Assembly (NCBI GenBank): GCA_030390025.1
Contig: CM059432.1
Location: 43,960,001-44,024,000, forward strand
Reading direction: 5' to 3'
DNA from: Squalus acanthias
Taxonomy: Eukaryota
Length of the DNA: 64,000 nt
Positions 25,776 through 34,415 of the stretch are shown one piece after another (positions within the stretch are counted from its first letter, which is position 1; the number at the start of each line of letters is the position of its first letter). A model generated the notes under the pieces. The model had not been told where the DNA came from, made no database searches, and saw only the letters and a program-made list of their open reading frames with translations. The translations under genes and the position numbers were made by a program.

Positions 25776-27587
25776 ATGGCGACCGCGGCAGGACACTGGC
25801 AGCGAGAGGGTAGTGTGTTAGATTTTGGAATGACTGTACGAAATGTTATGCAGGAAAAGATAGCGGATTATGTGTTTGGAAAGGTTAATCTAACGAAAAA
25901 GTGGATAAGCGAATTGTTAGCGGATAAGAGCCCACTAGAGGCAGCTGAAAGGTGGACGGATAGTAAGGAGCATAAAAAGGCAGTTGAGAAAGCAGTCTGG
26001 CTTATGTGCTACAAAAGGCAGGTTCAGATTTCAAACCAGACCAATACAGCGCTAACCGCTCGAATCAAGCATCTAGAGGAGGAAATGGAGGAGAAGGTTT
26101 CTGGAGGGGAGGCGCTCATTAAGAGTTTAAATGAGTTACGCCAGGAAAGCCAGGAAGTCTCCAGTTACCTTAAAACAAGGGTAGAGTATCTCGAGTGCCA
26201 GATCACTGAAGCAAAATTAAACGAGAGTAGGATGAAGGAAAGATGTAACCGTCAAGCTGCCCAGATAAGAACTCAAGAAGAGAGCTTAATGGGGGTTAGG
26301 TCGGCGTATAAGTTGGCCCTTGAGGATAAGTTTCAGGGAGCCGACCATAGCGCCTGCGAAAAAGAGATAGAGAGCCTCAAAAAGGCCGTGAATAATGCGA
26401 ACGGCATGGTGTGCCTTATTAATCCGTCGGCACGCCAGCCGCTAGTAAATGAGAGATTTAGAAATTCCCCACCAAGTAAAGCAGAAGAAGTAGTAGCCAG
26501 TGCGCCCTCCGCGCCACCCAGCTATTCAGAAACCTGGGTTAGGGAGGAAGCAACGGAAGAAGCAAAAGAGCCCGTTGAAAAGGAGGTAGAAAAGGGATCG
26601 TTGTATCCAGTAACGGGGATTAAAAGGGGCCCAAGCAGAAACGGTGGGGAAGAACCGGGGGATCTCCTCGGACAGCTGGTGTTGCCTCACAGTTCACATC
26701 AGCTGAGGGCCATGATAAACCACGTAAGGAAGCTGACCGAGATAGACGACCCTTCCGTACATTTCAGGGAAGTTGAGCAAGCCGCAGCCATCAACGGCTG
26801 CGATGATGGGGAGACAGCAAAAATGCTGCTGTTCTCATTAGATAGCTCGGTCCTTCAGTGTCTCTCAGGCGATAGCAAGAGGGGTAATAAAAGTTATGAG
26901 GAATTGAAAAATGAGGTCCTAGAAGTAGTGGGAGCGAACGACGGAGGTCCGTTTGCTAGAGTGGGACAGACAGTGCAGATGGAGGGAGAACCCCCGAAGG
27001 TTTTTGCCGACAGGCTGTGGCCAGTATATGAGCGCAGCTGTCTAGGTGCGCCCGAGCGCGAAGATGTGGAAGGCGCCGCTTTAATTCATTGGCTTAGGTG
27101 CATCATAGCCAACAGTTTACCAGCCGTTAGAGAGCAGGCAAAAGCCTGGTTCGATCCCAATGACCTCAACCTTACGGAAGAGTCGGTCTTGAATCGACTC
27201 ACGTTAGGTTACCGTAACATAAGGGGTATGACGACACGTCCCTTTAAGGGAAGAGTACATGAGGTACGACCCGCAGCCCCGACTCAAAGAGAGTGGCATC
27301 AGGAGGGTAATCGCGCCCCACAGGCAAGTAATGCCTGTTACGGGTGTGGGAAGACAGGGCACTGGCGCAAGCACTGCAGGAACCCTTGGAAGGATTCCAA
27401 GGATAAAAATCCCGCGGTCCGAGCCCAGGCGCCTGTCCCGGCTAAGGAAGCCAAGGCACCCACCTCCCCCGACGACCTCGAAGCAGTGTTAGGAGCCATG
27501 CGCAAGATGGTTTTGAATGCGCGTGGACAGGTGGCGGTCGCAACCGGCCCCGTAGGTGCCGCAGGACCGTCTAATAGTGCCCCATGA
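25776..27587 (+). CDS. gag: Gag-like polyprotein, 603 aa
   Basis: N-terminal coiled coil, PSAPPSY late motifs (26505-26525), helical capsid-like middle region, CCHC knuckle CYGCGKTGHWRKHC (27336-27377); no disabling mutation. Confidence 0.9.
   Translation: MATAAGHWQREGSVLDFGMTVRNVMQEKIADYVFGKVNLTKKWISELLADKSPLEAAERWTDSKEHKKAVEKAVWLMCYKRQVQISNQTNTALTARIKHLEEEMEEKVSGGEALIKSLNELRQESQEVSSYLKTRVEYLECQITEAKLNESRMKERCNRQAAQIRTQEESLMGVRSAYKLALEDKFQGADHSACEKEIESLKKAVNNANGMVCLINPSARQPLVNERFRNSPPSKAEEVVASAPSAPPSYSETWVREEATEEAKEPVEKEVEKGSLYPVTGIKRGPSRNGGEEPGDLLGQLVLPHSSHQLRAMINHVRKLTEIDDPSVHFREVEQAAAINGCDDGETAKMLLFSLDSSVLQCLSGDSKRGNKSYEELKNEVLEVVGANDGGPFARVGQTVQMEGEPPKVFADRLWPVYERSCLGAPEREDVEGAALIHWLRCIIANSLPAVREQAKAWFDPNDLNLTEESVLNRLTLGYRNIRGMTTRPFKGRVHEVRPAAPTQREWHQEGNRAPQASNACYGCGKTGHWRKHCRNPWKDSKDKNPAVRAQAPVPAKEAKAPTSPDDLEAVLGAMRKMVLNARGQVAVATGPVGAAGPSNSAP
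25777..25794 (+). promoter_or_regulatory. Primer-binding site complementary to the 3' end of tRNA-Arg(UCG)
   Basis: TGGCGACCGCGGCAGGAC is the reverse complement of ...GTCCTGCCGCGGTCG-CCA, the 3' end of vertebrate tRNA-Arg-TCG as I recall it; a 5-nt spacer separates it from the LTR. Confidence 0.85.
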
Positions 27588-28709
27588 CTAGAGCCCACGC
27601 AGCCTGCCTACCTGTGTCCTTTTAAAAGACACGCACAGAAGGGGGTCTGCGGTGAGGAGGCCAGGTTAAAAGAGCAGGCCTTGCGGGAGGAGAACGCCCG
27701 CTTAATAGGGAAAATAGATGGGCTGGAAGGGCAGCTTAGAGAGCAGACCCTGCGGGAGGAGAACGCCCGATCAATGGGAAAGTTAGACGTGCTCAGGCTA
27801 GAAGCGCAGCTTAGTGAGATAAAAGCAGCCTACAGGGTAGCCAGGAGCAGGGAGTATGAGGATTTAAAACAGGATAGAAATCTGCAGCCTCCAGCAGGTG
27901 AGATTTCACAGAAACAAGCAGGGGCGGTGGCCTGTCTTAAGGGAGGGGCCAGACCTGCGAGTGGGGAAGCACAGCCCCAGGTAGGACCACAAGGCACACA
28001 GGCAGGCATAGCAGCTTGCATCAGGGGAAGGGACATCCCGGACGATCATGCAGCGTTTTTCTGGAGTTGGGGGTTAGATGACGAGGACCCCAGGGTACCC
28101 TGGTCAGATGAGGATAGTGCAGATGAGCATAGTGATGATGACGGGTGGTTTCTGAGGAACGGTCTGGGAGGATTGGGGCCGCTAGGTAGAGATCCATACG
28201 GGGTGGACACACAAGCTGCAGGTCCCGACAGCAGGAGGAAGGAGCTAGAGGAGGCCGGGCCAGCCGCTATGTGGTTCCCAGAGGTGTGGCCGCCCGCTTT
28301 GAACGTCCAGTCCTCAGGGGAGGCAGAGTTCACGAGTGAAGGGCCGCCTGCTGGGCCGAGCAGGGCGGGGCCCCGAACTGCCAGCCCCGAGGTAAGGGAG
28401 GCGGAGTCAGCGGAGGCGGGGCTGGCGCCTGTGATGGAACCCCAGGTCATCCCGTTGAAGGTCTCGGGACCCGGTCCGTCCGTCACGGAGCCCCCGCCCA
28501 TAGCAATTCCCCGTAGGTCAAGCAGAGTACCCCAGCCCAGGAAGATGTGGTCAGGTCCACAGGCTGCCCCAGGGCGTAAGTTTCAGGTTAAGATAACCCG
28601 GGTAGAGACAGGCCACATCGAAGCAGTAACAGGCTGCGGCAGATCAGAGGGAAGGGTCAGTGCCCTCCCACCGTCGGGAAGAGCTCGCAGCAGCCTTCTC
28701 AGGATTTAA
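27588..28709 (+). CDS. In-frame post-Gag ORF (373 sense codons), probably expressed by UGA readthrough; not Pol
   Basis: Same frame as gag, open from the codon after TGA (27585-27587) to TAA at 28707-28709. TGA-CTAG context; no D(T/S)G, YxDD or HHCC/DDE motifs. Confidence 0.7.
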   Translation, partial: LEPTQPAYLCPFKRHAQKGVCGEEARLKEQALREENARLIGKIDGLEGQLREQTLREENARSMGKLDVLRLEAQLSEIKAAYRVARSREYEDLKQDRNLQPPAGEISQKQAGAVACLKGGARPASGEAQPQVGPQGTQAGIAACIRGRDIPDDHAAFFWSWGLDDEDPRVPWSDEDSADEHSDDDGWFLRNGLGGLGPLGRDPYGVDTQAAGPDSRRKELEEAGPAAMWFPEVWPPALNVQSSGEAEFTSEGPPAGPSRAGPRTASPEVREAESAEAGLAPVMEPQVIPLKVSGPGPSVTEPPPIAIPRRSSRVPQPRKMWSGPQAAPGRKFQVKITRVETGHIEAVTGCGRSEGRVSALPPSGRARSSLLRI

Positions 28710-28973
28710 AGGGGCCGCCCTGAGAACGGGCGGCATTGTAAAGTTATTAGTTTAAGGTTTTAAGTAGTTTTAATAAGGTTAAGTTTGTAGTGTTTTTAAC
28801 AGATGACGACATAATGATGGGAGTTTTAAGGCTAGGTTTAGAGGAAGTCTATTTAGCAAACGTTGAAGTTTACGTGAGGCGAGGTCAGGGGACCCGCTCA
28901 CCCTTCACAAAAGCCAGAGACTTTTTGCGAGGCTGGCTACCTCATTCTATCTGATCACAGGAACCAAGGAAGG

Positions 28974-31325
28974 ATGGAACGACTTCTAGTTTTGCTCGTG
29001 GCAATCGGATGTGGATTGGCCTATCGGGGCCTCACCAAGGATGTCGTGGTGTTTGGATGTTCCGGGGACACGGCCCCCATCGCGGTGGATGGGACCGGAA
29101 GACGGAAGGCAGAAGGGACCAGCACCTATTTCCACAAGGGAAGGTGGCCAGGATGGCTGGGAACGAACTCAACGGAGTATTCCAGCACATCGGGGTTCGC
29201 CTATAAAGAGACTTCTTTAATGTGCCCCAAAGTACGGATCATCGCACCCAGGATCAGCGTCACCGTCGGCAAACGGATTTGTTTGACCTGCAGTGGGAAT
29301 GTCCCATTGAGCCGATGGTGGTGGCTGCGAAAGCTGAGCAAAACTATGAGGAACTCTTCGGTTGAGTGGGAGCGACTGGGTAATAATACCCATCGGACAA
29401 TTACGGGGACAGATGGACAAGTGAAAGTCTGTTGGGACAAATGGTGGGAACCGGATGAGGGGATTTATGTTTGTATGTGGGGGTCAAAGTACGTTTGCCC
29501 CAAAGGCATCTCCATATTCTTTATTAACCAGTGGCAGGATAACGGACAGGGGATGAGGTGGGATGCGAGCACCAGGGGGTGCGGAGCCCCATACTCTCCG
29601 ATCCCAGTAAATGCCACTGAGCTCATTACGCGCCCACGCAAAGCCCCGCCCACGATTCCGGTGGTTGTAACTGAGGAAGAAGGGTGCCCTAAAACTAGTA
29701 AGGGACCCGGGAACGGTTTGGTACTGGTCCCCACAGACCAGATACTATTTCAGGGGGTACATTACGCGGTGGCCTCGGTGATTTTAAATCTCACTGAGGT
29801 ACGGTTACCAGAGTGGTGCCCCAAAAAGACGGAACAGTTGTACCAGGTCCTGTTGACCAAGATGTTCAGGCAATTTTACGAGTTTGATTTTGCAGAAATT
29901 GATAAGACAAGTTTATACACCGCACCGCAGGAAGCTTTGGATCAAGTAGGGAGGCAAAGAAGGGGTTTGGTGAACGATGCGTTCACTGCTTTTAACACAG
30001 GGACATCTGTGGTCAACGCTCTAGACAGTGTGGAGCTGCAGACCCAGATTAATGGTTTAAAAACACAGTTAAAGGATATTCTTACAGATGAGAATAAAGT
30101 GGTAGGGTCGGGTCTGCACGAGGACCAAGCCATGACACTACACTTAAAGGAAATCATAGCAGAGCTGGAGAAACATGCGCGTACGGTAAATGCCCTGATT
30201 AGGGAAGATCGGAATGCATCCGATCAGGCGGCGCAGAACGAGGTGTGCGTGCTTTACGGGGCGTGGTTACTGGGCGAGGGCCGCAGTAATTTGGAGGATT
30301 TAAAACAAGGTTTGGTCCCGTCCTGGATAAGTAACAAACACCTGCGGGCGCTCCACCCTTTTCAGAATGCATTAAGTCCGTGCCAGCTCAGGCTAGCTTC
30401 AGAAGCTTACCCAGTCCCCGTGGACTGCGGACGTTCAAACCATACTATTATGGGAATAGTATTACGCATGCCGGTTTTGGGCAACACAGCAAAGCCCGCC
30501 CCGGTGTATCGGGTAGAGAACATTGGTGTCATTCAGGGGGGAGCCCACATTCGTTATGCAGCGGTTCCACCTTACGTCATCCGCTGGGAGCAAACGATGA
30601 CAGGTACAGATCTCTCTGGTTGTCGTGGCAGGGGAGCACACATAATACTGTGCCCCCAGCACTTGAATGCCTTTTTAACACCACAGTGCGGGTTCAGAAC
30701 GGCTGGCGCCAAGTCCATGAATTGCACCATGGAGGCAATGGCACAAGATCATGTGCCTCCGCAGGTAGCATACATCGGGGGTGGAACATATTGTGTTACC
30801 ACTGCAGCGCAACACTACCAGCATGGAAACCGTAGCCGGTGTCCGGTGAGTGACAGCAGTTTCTGTTTTAAACCCAGGGCTGAAGTTCAAGTAGCACAAC
30901 AGCGAATTATCCCAATCCCTGAACCATCCACTGTTCATCTCACAGTAAAAGAGAATTTTACCGACTTGCAGCGATTTGTCGCACATTTTGGGTACCTCAT
31001 TCCCCCTCTCCCCGAGCATTTAACCAAACTTCTGAAAGCCGTCGCGGTGTCACAAAAGCATTTCTATACATTAGAACAGAAAACCGTCGAGATAGGTACA
31101 GACATTTTGGACATAGTGGTTCCACCGTGGTGGAATCTGTTCACGAATATTGAAGTGCCCTCATGGGTCAGAATAGCCTCCCACATTTTAGTCGTCTGTC
31201 AAGTGTTTATTGTAGTATACCTTTTGTTCATACATTGTAAAAGAGACAAGCGCCTCACCAAGCATGAGAACACGGGAGAGTGGCGAGAACGTTACGTGCG
31301 CGTGCACGATGAGAGCGCAGTGTAA
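28974..31325 (+). CDS. env: Envelope glycoprotein, 783 aa: signal peptide, Ig-like domain, furin site, F-type class I fusion ectodomain, TM anchor
   Basis: MERLLVLLVAIGCGLA signal; C..W..DEGIYVC; RQRR|GLVNDAFTAF (29952-29963); heptad repeat; Cys-rich region; TM IASHILVVCQVFIVVYLLFI; about nine N-glycosylation sequons. Confidence 0.92.
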   Translation: MERLLVLLVAIGCGLAYRGLTKDVVVFGCSGDTAPIAVDGTGRRKAEGTSTYFHKGRWPGWLGTNSTEYSSTSGFAYKETSLMCPKVRIIAPRISVTVGKRICLTCSGNVPLSRWWWLRKLSKTMRNSSVEWERLGNNTHRTITGTDGQVKVCWDKWWEPDEGIYVCMWGSKYVCPKGISIFFINQWQDNGQGMRWDASTRGCGAPYSPIPVNATELITRPRKAPPTIPVVVTEEEGCPKTSKGPGNGLVLVPTDQILFQGVHYAVASVILNLTEVRLPEWCPKKTEQLYQVLLTKMFRQFYEFDFAEIDKTSLYTAPQEALDQVGRQRRGLVNDAFTAFNTGTSVVNALDSVELQTQINGLKTQLKDILTDENKVVGSGLHEDQAMTLHLKEIIAELEKHARTVNALIREDRNASDQAAQNEVCVLYGAWLLGEGRSNLEDLKQGLVPSWISNKHLRALHPFQNALSPCQLRLASEAYPVPVDCGRSNHTIMGIVLRMPVLGNTAKPAPVYRVENIGVIQGGAHIRYAAVPPYVIRWEQTMTGTDLSGCRGRGAHIILCPQHLNAFLTPQCGFRTAGAKSMNCTMEAMAQDHVPPQVAYIGGGTYCVTTAAQHYQHGNRSRCPVSDSSFCFKPRAEVQVAQQRIIPIPEPSTVHLTVKENFTDLQRFVAHFGYLIPPLPEHLTKLLKAVAVSQKHFYTLEQKTVEIGTDILDIVVPPWWNLFTNIEVPSWVRIASHILVVCQVFIVVYLLFIHCKRDKRLTKHENTGEWRERYVRVHDESAV

Positions 31326-31742
31326 TGGGAAAATGGCGTCACTCCCGCTCGCCACGTGCGCCGCGGAAGTTTGTACTCATTGTAAATACGTTGGAAACTC
31401 GACATGTTTAAGAGTTGGGATTTGTTTATTTTGGTGATGGTGTTGATTGTTTGGTTTTTGGGTTTTGTTTTTCCTTCCCTTGAATAAAAGACAAATATAC
31501 AGGTGATGCGTGAGGTATCGGCCTGGTTACGCCGGAAAGGAAAACAAGTGGTGTAAGTTTAAGGGCAAATGATGCCTACGGTGATATAAAATGTGATTTT
31601 CTTGGGAAATAAGGACGACACAGAGACCCTAGTCAAGTTAAAATTTATGGGATTAATTTACTGGATTCGGAGTGAAATCGAGATAAGATTGCTCACCACT
31701 GAGATTTTTTTTGATACGATAAGCGGAGTTATTCGCATCAAC

Positions 31743-31751
31743 AGGAGGGAC
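31743..31751 (+). promoter_or_regulatory. Short polypurine tract
   Basis: AGGAGGGA(C) immediately before the TG of the 3' LTR. Confidence 0.7.
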
Positions 31752-33400
31752 TGTAGAATTCGCAATTATCGCGATTTCATTTTAATAAGGAGAAAACACA
31801 AAGTTTCGTTCAAAACAGCTTTTATTTCAGCGGAATGCTGTCAGGTTTAAATTGGACACAAGCAGCCTGTAAAATGGCCGCCGCACCTCGTGACAGAACA
31901 TTCTAGACTTTTCAACAGGCAGACAAGATGGCGTTCCAATAAACATTTTTGCAGGATCGATAAACGATTCAGCACAGTGAAGACAATACACAGGACATTA
32001 TGGGTTTACAGTATAAACATCGATACTGGAATCGGTCTCCCAGGTACAAAGGAAAGCCATCAAGGGCCCATCCAAAGGACATTAATATGTAAACTCCCAA
32101 CGGCTCTACGATGAGAGAGCCGTTAGCAGGTAGTTATACAGGACACTTGGAAGCCCCAAACCCCTCCAGGGGGGAACACCGACCGATTTAACAATGGGAG
32201 AAATATTAACAGGTACTCAAACATTCAGGAGTAGCCCCGAAACCCATTAAGGACAGAGATCACCCATACAGGACATTTCGGGCGCCAAACCGTTAAACAA
32301 AAGAATGGACATTGTAGTTGGGCGGGAAACGGAAGAACTGTGCACTATAATTGCAGGCCCCAAACCGTCCATTCGCTCTCTTGATTCTCTCTGGCCTCTT
32401 GCTCTTGGCTCTTGCCTCGTGTTCTTGACTCTTGCCGCTTGTTGCTGTTATCATCGTGGCTGCTCCTGTGTTTTATCCGGTCGATTCGTAACCTCGTGGC
32501 TGCTCCTGTGTAAAAGACTGTTGCAAAGACCTATGTTGGTAGCGGGCAGCGGAACCAAAGGCCCGAGATGAGATGAGATGAGAGGAGAAGAGAAGAAGAC
32601 CTTATCCATCGCCACGGTCAGTAAATCCCGACCGCGCCTGTAGGTCGATCAGCCAAGTCTTCTCGACAGGAAGTTTTCTTCGTTAAACTTTTAACAAGAC
32701 ATATTGCATCAACGATAACTGGACTGTGCAAACACATCGTATCAGTGATATTGACAACGGTGCTCCACCATACCTTGTACCCAACCAACAGAGGTCTTCA
32801 CTACAGCGGACGGTCCAGCCGACTGACCGAGCAGCAGAAGCAGTAAACAAGTGGGACCAGGAGATCTCCTGACCAACACGTGGGTGCTGCGGTGAAAAAC
32901 ATCCGATCAGCTATTCGGGATTTCTCCGAGTTATTACGAGTGGTGAGCATGAGTCTCGGGATCCTACGAAGCTAGTTTAGGACAGACATTGATAGGGGAG
33001 GGTTTAAAGTTTAAGGATATTTGTAATGTGTGCCCTATTTACGTTGTGCTGGTCGTTCCTCGTTTCCCTAAGAGTGATTATAACTGTTTGTAAGATTGTA
33101 CTGTCATTAATCTGTGCATATGACATGTATTTCATAATTTTAAGTATCATGCAATAAAGATTTTCCATTTCGTACCGTTCAAACCAAGTCTACATGAGTT
33201 TTATCTCCATTACTGCTCTCGCATCTAAGTCCAGTGTCTAGAACCGTAAGGGAGAGTGATTCGAACCACTCACAGGGGTGTCTAGTGTTCCCAGACTGGC
33301 TGGAGACCAGGCCTAGACCCGCACTGACATACAGGCTGCACAGAGCCGCGTGAATCTCACAGGCTACGAGACACGCAGGGTCAGGAGAGCATCCCTTACA
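31752..33400 (+). repeat. 3' LTR (1649 bp)
   Basis: By eye, about 8 substitutions, four 1-bp indels and one 18-bp indel relative to the 5' LTR; AATAAA at 33153. Confidence 0.97.
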
Positions 33401-34343
33401 TTTCAATTTAATTGTTCCATGTGAACGAGTCTATGCAGTTCATTCCTGCATTGTGGCTCTGTTTTAAATTCTACAGCTGTACCCTCACAATGACTTTCTC
33501 TACCCCCGCCCCAGACACAGCACATCAATTGCTCGTGGAACTCGCACATTTGTCCTGCCCAATAATACTAAATTTAGCTCACCCCATGATTTCTGGCGGA
33601 GTCAGCATTGGGATAATTGGGTGGGTGGAAGTCCCGCCCCACTGCATTTCCAGCAGCAGTTCACAGGACTGAGAATTTCAAGGCCTGTGCTTTTAGTCAA
33701 GGTTTGTATTTTTCAGGTTCTGTTTCTATGGATGTAGTAGTGACAAATGTCGTAAAAAATAAATCTGGACAAAGCAACAATTTCACACAAATAAGAACAT
33801 CTTCAACACCTGTACTCAGTTGGAATGTTGGTTTTGATATTATTATAAGTTTTAGATGCGCATTACTACAGGGCCAATTCCATGCTCCTAGTGGGGAGCG
33901 GCACATGGAGGGAGCACATCATGGTTGCACAGTCCATGGTTTTCGGTCTATTAATTTTAATAGGTGGACAATCACAGCCTGTGCACTCACAATGTACTGG
34001 CTCCCCAGTGGGTGCACAGATTCAGCTCTTGTATCAACCACTCGTGTAATACTAAGACAGAATTTTATCACTGCTATGCTCAAGAGAAGTGACAGTCTGT
34101 AGGACTTAAAATCATTAAAGTTCCTAAATTGAGATGTACCAGTTACATCACATCTGTTATGCAAATTGGAGGCATTAATTTAGTTCAACAACAAAATCGA
34201 AAAGTTTAAAGAAATTAGGAGATAAGGTTCATAGTTGATTGTCTCAGCGAATAAAGGTTAAAAGTTTAAGCACAATAGAAATTGATGAACGATTTAACGC
34301 ATCGTAATACTAATACAGATTATGTTGAAAGAATAGCACTGAC

Positions 34344-34415
34344 CTTTGTTGGGAAAATATTTAACTGATTTCCAGCCACATCTAATACTTTCAAGTTTCT
34401 TAGTATGCACAATTC
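34344..34415 (-). CDS. LRRC69: Internal LRR exon: ELCILRNLKVLDVAGNQLNIFPTK
   Basis: 72 nt, tttccag/gtcagt splice sites, one LxxLxLxxNxL repeat, phase 0/0. Confidence 0.88.

Larger units (their letters stand above)
24141..33400 (+). mobile_element. Young pol-less endogenous retrovirus-like LTR element (gag - readthrough ORF - env)
   Basis: Paired LTRs with TGTA...TACA ends, TTTC TSD (24137-24140, 33401-33404), PBS, PPT, and intact gag and env. Confidence 0.95.

Noticed and set aside
27681..28709. ORF as retroviral pol
   Set aside because: No aspartic protease D(T/S)G, RT YxDD, RNase H or integrase HHCC/DDE motifs; composition is coiled-coil and low complexity.
28704..28734. TTTAAAG plus hairpin as a -1 frameshift signal
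   Set aside because: The heptamer is out of phase with the ORF (ATT TAA) and no long downstream frame follows.
31593..31850. 85-aa ORF crossing the PPT/LTR junction
   Set aside because: Non-ATG start and no recognisable motifs; it crosses the PPT/LTR boundary.
32305..32571. 88-aa Cys-rich hydrophobic ORF in the LTR as an accessory gene
   Set aside because: Frameshifted in the 5' LTR, spans the putative TATA/TSS, and its hydrophobicity follows from a CT-rich tract.
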